Assembly: GCA_902796205.1 (NCBI GenBank)
Contig: CADBOE010000115.1
Location: 1-33,554, forward strand
DNA: 33,554 nt
Reading direction: 5' to 3'
From: an uncultured Ruminococcus sp.
GTDB taxonomy: Bacteria; Bacillota; Clostridia; UBA1212; UBA1255
The notes below the pieces were generated by a model, which ran no database searches, was not told where the DNA came from, and saw only the letters and a program-made list of their open reading frames with translations. This document shows positions 26,750-33,554 of the stretch, piece after piece (within the stretch, counting starts at the first letter, position 1; every line of letters starts with the position of its first letter). A program made the position numbers and the translations under genes.

Positions 26750-27547
26750 TCATAATTCTGCCGTTATTATCAGCGGGCAATGATCGCTCAGGATCATCGC
26801 GTCGCCGTCCGTTATTACTTCATATTCCCTGATCGTGACGCCGCCTCCGCCGGTCACGATATGGTCGATCGAGCGCCGGTCGGATTTCGTCGAAGGCTCC
26901 GCCGGAACGTACCGGTCTGCGTTTTGATCGTAAAAAGGATTTTTGTGATGGGATCTGACCGGATTCTTCTTCACAGCGGCGAGCGTCGACGCGCACCTGA
27001 CGCCGTGCTCTTCGAGAAGCCGGAAAGGCGCCGACAGGACGTCGCAGTTGAAATCTCCGCCGCAAAAGCAGGGGATCCCGCTGAAAACGTGGTCGAACCA
27101 TTCGGCCAGCTCCGCCGCGTTCGACATCCGCGCTTCGTTTCCCGCCTCCGTCTGGGCGTAATAAAAATGGGTCGACATTGCGCCGATCAGCCTGTTCTCG
27201 CCCCTGTGCCGGAGAAGCGACGCGCTTACGGACTTCGAAAGATAATCGTTTGGCCCCGAAAACAGGCGGAAACCGTTTCCTTCTTCGGTGAAAACGTCCG
27301 TTTTGTAAAGCACGGGGGTGTAGTTGAGCGGATTTCCGAGAAGGTCCGGCCGGCTCACGGCATAACCGAGTCTCCCGAAGGACTCCGTGAAAGCCGCCGA
27401 GCGCTGCCAGTTCGGATGAGCCTCCTGAAGCATGACGATATCCGGCCCGTACCGGTCAATTACAGACACAAGAGCCGCGTCGCGCCATTTTACCGGATTT
27501 CCGAACACGTCAGCCCAGATATTCGAAGTCAACAGCTTTATTTCCAT
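26750..27547 (-). CDS. endonuclease/exonuclease/phosphatase family protein
   Basis: TSNI, DIVMLQE, STHF, GGDFN, IDHI, SDHCP. Confidence 0.9.
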   Translation of the reverse strand: MEIKLLTSNIWADVFGNPVKWRDAALVSVIDRYGPDIVMLQEAHPNWQRSAAFTESFGRLGYAVSRPDLLGNPLNYTPVLYKTDVFTEEGNGFRLFSGPNDYLSKSVSASLLRHRGENRLIGAMSTHFYYAQTEAGNEARMSNAAELAEWFDHVFSGIPCFCGGDFNCDVLSAPFRLLEEHGVRCASTLAAVKKNPVRSHHKNPFYDQNADRYVPAEPSTKSDRRSIDHIVTGGGGVTIREYEVITDGDAMILSDHCPLIITAEL

Positions 27548-27580
27548 GCTTTCCCCTTTTTTTCAATACGTCTCCACCGG

Positions 27581-27653
27581 TTTTTAACAGGCACACAGGG
27601 GTTTTCCTCAGGGTTTTCCACAGTTTTTGGCGGGCGATCCGGGGTTTTCCACA
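27581..27653. promoter_or_regulatory. second DnaA-box-like cluster
   Basis: TTTTCCACA at 27614-27622 and 27645-27653; one-mismatch copies at 27602-27610 and 27581-27589. Confidence 0.5.
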
Positions 27654-27734
27654 GCGGATTTACGGATTGAGTTTTTAAGCGCCGCCGCTGCAAAGCCGTT
27701 CTCCGCAACCGCATCCCCGTCTGATACGGCGGCC

Positions 27735-28154
27735 TCAGCCGTTCCAGCGCGTCTCGCAATAAACGCAGCGGTAGATCTTCCGCTCCCTGTCCGTCAGCCG
27801 GAACAGCTGATCGAGCTCCTGCTCGCAGGACGTTATGCACCGCGGATTTTTGCACCGGATAACGTTTTTTAGCGTTTCGGGCATGTCGATCGTCCGTTTT
27901 TCGACGAGTTTTCCGTCCCTGATATAATTGACCGTCGCGCCGGGATCGGCGAAACCGATTATATCTATATTGACCGGTATGTCCGCGTCGATCTTTATGA
28001 TATCCTTCCGGCCGAGCTTCCGGCTCGCAACGTTCTTGATGAGCGCCACGGAGACGTCGATCGAATCGAGGCCGAGCAGATTGTAAAGGGTCATTCCGTG
28101 ACCCGCGGCGATATGGTCTATAACAAGTCCGTTCTGTATGGAATCAACGTTCAT
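27735..28154 (-). CDS. pyrI: aspartate carbamoyltransferase regulatory subunit
   Basis: IQNGLVIDHI, KDIIKI, CKNPRCIT and YRCVYCE zinc site. Confidence 0.95.
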   Translation of the reverse strand: MNVDSIQNGLVIDHIAAGHGMTLYNLLGLDSIDVSVALIKNVASRKLGRKDIIKIDADIPVNIDIIGFADPGATVNYIRDGKLVEKRTIDMPETLKNVIRCKNPRCITSCEQELDQLFRLTDRERKIYRCVYCETRWNG

Positions 28155-28172
28155 CGCAAAATCCTCCGAAGC

Positions 28173-29099
28173 TCATCTGATCGTGCCGGCGTCACGCAGA
28201 AGCATCAATATAAGCGCCATGCGCATGTATTTGCCGTTCAGTACCTGCTTGAAATAGCAGGCCCGCGGGTCGTCGTCGATGGAAACGCTTATCTCGTTGA
28301 CCCTCGGAAGCGGGTGAAGCACGCACATATCGGGTCCGGCGAGCTTCATCTTGTCCGGAGTCAGAACGTAGCTGTCCTTCAGGCGGAGATAATCCTCCTC
28401 GTTAAAGAAGCGTTCCTTCTGGACGCGCGTCATATACAGCAGGTCGAGCTCAGGAAGCGCCTCCTCGAGGCTGGCCGTCTGCGAGTAGGGAATGCCGTTC
28501 GGCTTCAGGACGTTGTCCTTCACGTAGCTCGGGAGCTTCAGCTCCTCGGGTGAGATCAGCACGAAACGGACGTCTTCGTAACGCGAGAGCGCGTTGATCA
28601 GCGAATGTACGGTGCGGCCGAATTTCAGATCGCCGCAAAGCCCGACGTTGAGACCGCCGAGGCGGCCCTTTTCCCTGCGGATCGTCAGCAGATCGGCAAG
28701 CGTCTGCGTCGGGTGGCAATGCCCTCCGTCGCCGGCGTTGATCACCGGGATGGAGGCGTTGTTCGCGGCAACGAGCGCGGCCCCTTCCTTCGGATGTCGC
28801 ATCGCGATGATATCGGCGTAGCAGCTGACGACTTTTGCCGTATCGGCGACGCTCTCCCCCTTGGAAGCTGACGACGTCCCGGCGCCGGTAACGGAAAGCA
28901 CGTTTCCGCCGAGCTCGTACATCGCCGCCTCGAAGCTGAGCCGCGTCCTCGTCGACGGCTCGAAAAACAGCGTCGCGAGCTTTTTGCCGCCGCATACGCC
29001 GTAATAATCGCCGGGATGCGCTATGACGTCCTGCGCCGTTTCTATGAGCGACCGTATCTCGTCCGTGCTGAGATCAAGAATATCTATGACGTGTCTCAT
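28173..29099 (-). CDS. pyrB: aspartate carbamoyltransferase catalytic subunit
   Basis: [38 protein letters not shown]. Confidence 0.97.
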   Translation of the reverse strand: MRHVIDILDLSTDEIRSLIETAQDVIAHPGDYYGVCGGKKLATLFFEPSTRTRLSFEAAMYELGGNVLSVTGAGTSSASKGESVADTAKVVSCYADIIAMRHPKEGAALVAANNASIPVINAGDGGHCHPTQTLADLLTIRREKGRLGGLNVGLCGDLKFGRTVHSLINALSRYEDVRFVLISPEELKLPSYVKDNVLKPNGIPYSQTASLEEALPELDLLYMTRVQKERFFNEEDYLRLKDSYVLTPDKMKLAGPDMCVLHPLPRVNEISVSIDDDPRACYFKQVLNGKYMRMALILMLLRDAGTIR

Positions 29100-29111
29100 T
29101 CTGCAGCCCTC

Positions 29112-30503
29112 TCACTTTTCTATCCAGCTCTCGTCGGAAGGATCGTCGCGGAAAGCGATCAGCCTTCTGACGTCCTCAGGCGCTATATATCCGCTTCCGG
29201 CGGCAACGGCGGCGACCGTGTCGAAATCGGTCAGCGAAACGTTCCGCACGTTCGCCTCGGCCAGGCGGTCAATTCCCTTTTTCATGCCGTACGTAAATAT
29301 CGACGCTATTCCGAGCACGACGGCGCCGGCCTCGCGGAGCACGTTCACGACCTCGATGACGCTTCCGCCGGTGGAAATGAGATCCTCGATAACGACGACC
29401 TTCTGTCCCGGTTCGAGGCGCCCCTCGATCTGGTTCTTGCGTCCGTGATCCTTCGATCCTGATCTGACGTAGCCCATCGGCAGCCCGAGCAGGTGTCCCG
29501 CGATGGCCGCGTGTGCGATCCCGGCGGTAGACGTTCCCATCAGCACTTCGGCGTCCGGATAATACTTTTTCACCGTCTGAGCGAGCCCCTGCTCCACGTG
29601 AAGCCGGACCTCCGGCGCGGTGAGCGTGAGGCGGTTGTCGCAATAAACGGGACTTTTTATGCCGCTCGCCCATATGAACGGCTCGTCAGGGCGGAAGAAA
29701 ACGGCTTTAATTCCGAGAAGATCCGAAGCGATCGTTTTGCTTGTCACCGGGTCGGCGCACGAAGAGACCGGCGCGGTATCACGCGCGTTGTCCGCGGGTG
29801 CGCTGACGCCGAATTCCGAGAGAGCCCGCGCGTAAGCCGCGGCGGGATCCGGGACTCCGGTTATCGGACGGCCCATCACTATGTAGTCGGAGCCGAGCCC
29901 GGCGGCCCCGGCCGGCGTGGTGACGCGCTTCTGGTCGCCGGCGGCGTTGTCGTCGAAACGGACGCCGGGTGTCACGGTCAGGAAGTCTTCTCCGCAGGCG
30001 GAATGGACGAGCGCCGCTTCGAGAGGGGAGCAGACGACTCCGTCGAGACCGGCGTCGCGGGCGTTTTTCGCGTATCGCATGACGACCTCGCTCATCGGTT
30101 CGCGGATGAGTATCTCGTTTTCAAGCGCGGTCTGGTCGGTGGACGTGAGCTGGGTGACCGCGAGAAGGATCGGGCGGGTGCCGTCGGGTCGCGTAAGACC
30201 TTTTACGGCGGCTTCCATCATTGCGCGCGTTCCGGCGGCGTGGAGGTTCACCATGTCCACGTCGAGCTTCGACAGAACGGCCATCGCTTTTCCGACGGTG
30301 TTCGGTATGTCGTGAAGCTTCAGATCGAGAAATATCCTGTAGCCGCGCGCTTTTATCTCGCGCACGACGTCGGGACCCTCGGCATAAAACAGCTCCATTC
30401 CGATCTTGAGGAAGGGGCGCGATGAACTGCCGAGCCTGTCAAGAAAAGCGAGTGTAGACGCCCTGTCGGGGAAATCGCACGCTATGATAACGTCTTTGCC
30501 CAT
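29112..30503 (-). CDS. pyrF-pyrE: fused orotidine-5'-phosphate decarboxylase / orotate phosphoribosyltransferase
   Basis: N-half IFLDLKLHDIPNT, VTPGVR, GRPI; C-half WASGIKSPVYCDNR, VVVIEDLISTGGS; one uninterrupted 463-aa frame. Confidence 0.95.
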   Translation of the reverse strand: MGKDVIIACDFPDRASTLAFLDRLGSSSRPFLKIGMELFYAEGPDVVREIKARGYRIFLDLKLHDIPNTVGKAMAVLSKLDVDMVNLHAAGTRAMMEAAVKGLTRPDGTRPILLAVTQLTSTDQTALENEILIREPMSEVVMRYAKNARDAGLDGVVCSPLEAALVHSACGEDFLTVTPGVRFDDNAAGDQKRVTTPAGAAGLGSDYIVMGRPITGVPDPAAAYARALSEFGVSAPADNARDTAPVSSCADPVTSKTIASDLLGIKAVFFRPDEPFIWASGIKSPVYCDNRLTLTAPEVRLHVEQGLAQTVKKYYPDAEVLMGTSTAGIAHAAIAGHLLGLPMGYVRSGSKDHGRKNQIEGRLEPGQKVVVIEDLISTGGSVIEVVNVLREAGAVVLGIASIFTYGMKKGIDRLAEANVRNVSLTDFDTVAAVAAGSGYIAPEDVRRLIAFRDDPSDESWIEK

Positions 30504-30518
30504 ATTTATATGCTCCTT

Positions 30519-31448
30519 TCAGCTTAAAGCCGCTCCGATTATTTCATTTATATCTTTTACGCCGAGCCGCGACAATACCTCCGGCAGCTCACGCACGATC
30601 CTGAGGCTCGCGTACGGATCAACGAGATTCGCCGCTCCGATCTCCACGGCGGTCGCCCCGCACATCATCATTTCGATCACGTCCTCGGCCGATGAAACGC
30701 CGCCCATGCCCACGACGGGGATCTTTACCGCTTTTGCCGTCTGAAAGACCATGCGGAGAGCGACGGGGAAAATGGCCGGGCCGGAAAAGCCGCCGGTCGC
30801 GTTCGCTATGACGGGCTTGCGTTTCCTCAGGTCGACGCGCATCCCGAGCAGCGTGTTTATGAGGCTGATGCCGTCCGCGCCCGCGGCTTCGCACGCCTTC
30901 GCGATGACGGTTACGTCCGTCACGTTCGGCGAAAGCTTCGCTATCAGCGGTTTTTTCGTGACCCTCCGTACGGCGGAAACGACGGACGCCGCCGCGTCGG
31001 GATCGGTGCCGAAGCTCATGCCGCCCCCGTGAACGTTGGGGCAGCTTATATTTATCTCAAACCAGCCGATCTGCGGCTCCCCGTCGAGCTCGGCCGCCGT
31101 GAATACGTAATCGTCCGTCGAAAAGCCGCTGATATTGGCCATGACGGGCTTGCGGAAAACCTCGCGCAGCCGCGGCAGCTCGGTCTCCTTTACGGCACGC
31201 ACGCCGGGATTTTGCAGTCCCACCGCGTTTATCATGCCGGCGGTGCATTCGGCGATGCGCGGCGTCGGGTTTCCGAAGCGCGGCTCCCGCGTCGTTCCTT
31301 TGAAGGAAAACGTGCCGAGCTCGTTTATGTCGTACAGTCCGGCAAATTCATATCCGTAGCCGAAGGTTCCGGAGGCGGGGATAACGGGATTGTCGAGCGT
31401 TACGCCGCAAAGGACGACGGCCGTTTTAGGCGCGGTCAGTTTTTCCAT
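30519..31448 (-). CDS. pyrD: dihydroorotate dehydrogenase, family 1B catalytic subunit
   Basis: ASGTFG, NAVGLQNPG, EINISCPN, AKLSPN, INTLLG; GGAGG RBS before ATG 31448. Confidence 0.95.
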   Translation of the reverse strand: MEKLTAPKTAVVLCGVTLDNPVIPASGTFGYGYEFAGLYDINELGTFSFKGTTREPRFGNPTPRIAECTAGMINAVGLQNPGVRAVKETELPRLREVFRKPVMANISGFSTDDYVFTAAELDGEPQIGWFEINISCPNVHGGGMSFGTDPDAAASVVSAVRRVTKKPLIAKLSPNVTDVTVIAKACEAAGADGISLINTLLGMRVDLRKRKPVIANATGGFSGPAIFPVALRMVFQTAKAVKIPVVGMGGVSSAEDVIEMMMCGATAVEIGAANLVDPYASLRIVRELPEVLSRLGVKDINEIIGAALS

Positions 31449-32173
31449 ATTATCTCCTCCTTCCTGAGCACGGGGCCTTCCCTGCATATGCGCTTGCTTC
31501 CCGTGACCGTAAGGCAGCTGCAGCCCATGCACGCCCCGAAGCCGCAGCCCATGCGTTCCTCGAAGCTGAACTGGCCGGATGTGGCGGCGGCATTGAAAAC
31601 GGCCCTGAGCATGGGCTCGGGACCGCAGGTGTAAAAATATGAATAGCCGGAAGGCAGGTGGTCGGTAACGAAGCCTTTTTTTCCGGCGCTGCCGTCAACG
31701 GTCACGACGGTGACGCCGTTCCCGCAGAGACGTCGGAATTCATTTTCGCCGAACACGTCGCCGGCCGTGTTGAAGCCGAGGACGACGGACGGTTTCGCGC
31801 CGCGGGCAACGAGCTCGCGGCACAGCCAGTAGAGAGGCGGCACGCCGGCGCCTCCGCCGATGAGGAGGGGAGAGGGGCCGGAGGCGGACAGGTCATAGCC
31901 GTTGCCGAGACCTGTCAGGACGTCGAGCGCGGTTCCGGGGGCGAGGCGCGAGAGGGCCAGCGTGCCGGCGCCGACGGTTTTATATATTAAGGTGAGAGTT
32001 TTGTTTTCAAGGTTGCATACGGACAGGGGGCGCCTGAGATAGAAGCCTGAAAGGCGTATATTGACGAACTGGCCGGGCCTCTCCACCGCGGACGTGTCGC
32101 CGTTCAGTCTGATAAGATACACGTTGTCCGCGATCCGTCTGTTTTCGGTTATTTCGAAAAGCCCCTGTTTCAT
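31436..32173 (-). CDS. pyrK: dihydroorotate dehydrogenase electron transfer subunit
   Basis: PGQFV, LRRPLS, GGGAGVPP, TCGPEPM, EERMGCGFGACMGC..C [2Fe-2S] motif. Confidence 0.95.
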   Translation of the reverse strand: MKQGLFEITENRRIADNVYLIRLNGDTSAVERPGQFVNIRLSGFYLRRPLSVCNLENKTLTLIYKTVGAGTLALSRLAPGTALDVLTGLGNGYDLSASGPSPLLIGGGAGVPPLYWLCRELVARGAKPSVVLGFNTAGDVFGENEFRRLCGNGVTVVTVDGSAGKKGFVTDHLPSGYSYFYTCGPEPMLRAVFNAAATSGQFSFEERMGCGFGACMGCSCLTVTGSKRICREGPVLRKEEIIWKN

Positions 32174-32586
32174 CAGCTGTTTTCCTTTCCGCCGTTGCCT
32201 TCGCCGTTGTCTTCGCCGTTGTCTCCGCCGTCCGGCGAGAGCAGGTTTTTCCGCGTCTTTCCGGCGCGCCTCAGCAGTCTGAACGGGATGACCAGCAGCG
32301 CGACAATTCCGGCGACCGCGGCGAGCAGCACGAGCACGATCAGCGCCACGATCCAGGCGGGGAGAACTTCGTTGCCTTCGTTTTCGGAAAGCTGTGCTCC
32401 CCCGGTGGTTCCGGACGGCGCTTTTTCAGGCGCGGATAAAACGCTTTCGCCGGCATAGACCACCGCCGGATTTTTCTGCGCCGCTTCGGCTTTCATTTTC
32501 GGGGTCAACGCCGCGGCAGCGAGCAATATCGCCGCAATTACCGCCGCTGCTATGGCTGCGAATGCCGCCGGTGCTGTTTTTTTCAT
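32173..32586 (-). CDS. hypothetical small membrane protein at the head of the pyr operon
   Basis: MKK plus hydrophobic N-terminus, second TM, GAAAGGA RBS; TGATG overlap with pyrK. Confidence 0.65.
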   Translation of the reverse strand: MKKTAPAAFAAIAAAVIAAILLAAAALTPKMKAEAAQKNPAVVYAGESVLSAPEKAPSGTTGGAQLSENEGNEVLPAWIVALIVLVLLAAVAGIVALLVIPFRLLRRAGKTRKNLLSPDGGDNGEDNGEGNGGKENS

Positions 32587-32673
32587 CGCGCTTTTCCTTT
32601 CCGGCTCCGTTCAGTTTTCCGCCGTGCTCCGGCGTGTTCCTCAGCCGCCGCTCCGTTCGCAGCGGTCAACGCC

Positions 32674-32702
32674 ATTATATATTATCCGGGCTTCTGTTGC
32701 AA
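32674..32702 (-). promoter_or_regulatory. sigma-A promoter of the pyr operon
   Basis: Minus strand TTGCAA, 17 bp spacer, TATAAT. Confidence 0.7.
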
Positions 32703-32782
32703 TTATAAAACGCCTGATTTCCGGGCTGTTTCATAGCTGTTTCAAAGCAGCGAATTCCGGCCTGCCGCCGGATCGCGGCGAG

Positions 32783-32830
32783 GGTGCAACGGGGGACATG
32801 CAACGGGGGACAGACCCGGGTTGCGGGGTT
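32783..32830 (+). repeat. compact copy of the REP-like family
   Basis: GGTGCAACGGGGGACATGCAACGGGGGACAGACCCGGGTTGCGGGGTT. Confidence 0.9.
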
Positions 32831-32931
32831 CATCCTCGTTGATGCCGAAATGGCGAAAGTCGTTTATTTGCAAGGTTTTTTCGGTTTTATTTCCCGATAT
32901 TTCCTTAAATTTCCCGAAAATTCCCGGGCAC

Positions 32932-33019
32932 GGATGCGACTGCAACTGGTGGGGCAACGGGGGACAGGGATGCGACTGCAACTGCAACTGATGGGGCAAC
33001 GGGGGACAGACCCGGGTTT
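32932..33019 (+). repeat. two-unit variant array of the REP-like family
   Basis: GGATGCGACTGCAACTG.TGGGGCAACGGGGGACAG at 32932 (36 bp) and 32968 (42 bp, 6-bp duplication), then ACCCGGGTTT. Confidence 0.9.
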
Positions 33020-33286
33020 CCTGACGGGTGATTTCAGCTGCATTTGGGCAAAAACGGCATCTGCGGCTGAAATTTCAGAATGGTTTGGTTTCAGCTGCAT
33101 TCCGCCTCACAGCACAAAAGACAACATAAAACGCGGTACAAACCAAAGAATCCTAAAAACCACCAAAACGACTCGATTCATAAATCCGAAGCTGCACTCA
33201 AAACAGCTTAAACCCACTCAAAAATGAAATGGATTTTTCGGTATTTCGCTTGAATGACTTTCTTATATGAACATCGTAAAAAATCG

Positions 33287-33316
33287 TTGCGAAAAAAAAC
33301 AAAGATATGTTAAAAT
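33287..33316 (+). promoter_or_regulatory. candidate cas9 promoter
   Basis: TTGCGA, 18 bp spacer, TG-n-TAAAAT, with A-rich upstream DNA. Confidence 0.5.
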
Positions 33317-33349
33317 CCCAAAGTCAGCAGGAACAAACTGCGCACAAAA

Positions 33350-33466
33350 TAAAAAACCTCCCGAGGGAGGAGCGCACACTGCGCGACCGGATAAACCGGT
33401 GGAATCGGATTCAAAAAATCCTTATTTGAACTTGTAGTGCGAATTTATAGGGGTCTATAAACCACG
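33350..33466 (-). ncRNA. tracrRNA (type II-A-like)
   Basis: Minus strand anti-repeat ..CACTAC-AAGT-TCAAAT-AA, nexus GGATT/AATCC, hairpins ACCGG/CCGGT and GCGCA/TGCGC, terminator CCTCC-CTCG-GGAGG-TTTTTT; ends approximate. Confidence 0.85.
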
Positions 33467-33471
33467 AATGT

Positions 33472-33500
33472 ATGTTAACAGTTTTTGCGGAGGTTGTCAA
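33472..33500 (-). promoter_or_regulatory. tracrRNA promoter
   Basis: Minus strand TTGACA (33500-33495), 17 bp spacer, TG-n-TAACAT (33477-33472). Confidence 0.75.
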
Positions 33501-33501
33501 C

Positions 33502-33554
33502 ATGAAAAAAGAGAAAAAAATTCAAAAAATTGACAGTTATTATCTCGGCCTTGA
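33502..33554 (+). CDS. cas9: probable Cas9 N-terminus (truncated by window end)
   Basis: GGAGG RBS 33489-33493; MKKEKKIQKIDSYYLGL then GA(n), matching the start of the RuvC-I YxLGLD motif; adjacent tracrRNA. Only 17 full codons visible. Confidence 0.75.
   Translation, partial: MKKEKKIQKIDSYYLGL

Noticed and set aside
33031-33101. TTTCAGCTGCATT twice with inverted GCTGAAAT
   Set aside because: Real but only two copies; no structure or function could be supported.
32742-33227. ORFs over the right-hand repeat and AT-rich region
   Set aside because: Repeat-derived, no RBS and no recognisable domain.
33449-33456. GGGTCT shared by the anti-repeat and the REP-like core
   Set aside because: Only about 6 nt; expected by chance and too short to link the arrays to Cas9.
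33424-33466. Natural single-guide (tracr-L-like) fold
   Set aside because: The predicted TSS leaves only a few nt before the anti-repeat, and the 5' GTTTAT does not pair well with TCAAAT.

Overview
GC-rich Clostridia-like chromosomal window (taxonomy inferred from gene style, RBSs and sigma-A promoters). It carries ackA, a membrane-anchored glycoside-hydrolase-like protein, two esterases, a decayed STAS/sensor module, recG, a radical SAM protein, a VanZ-like gene, three GH78 rhamnosidase-like genes, PHP and DUF3846 proteins, a MarR-controlled heterodimeric ABC exporter, a ribokinase, an EEP phosphoesterase and a pyr operon with a fused pyrF-pyrE. Two signals are missed by the ORF track. (1) A hairpin-forming repeat family (core TGCAACGGGGGACAGACCC, about 19 copies) forms tandem arrays or clusters at 7.3, 13.9 and 32.8-33.0 kb, each time between divergent promoters. 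(2) At the AT-rich right end there is a complete type II-A-like tracrRNA with its own promoter, next to the first 17 codons of a probable cas9 (..YYLGL[D]). No databases or folding programs were run; all family calls come from motif recognition.
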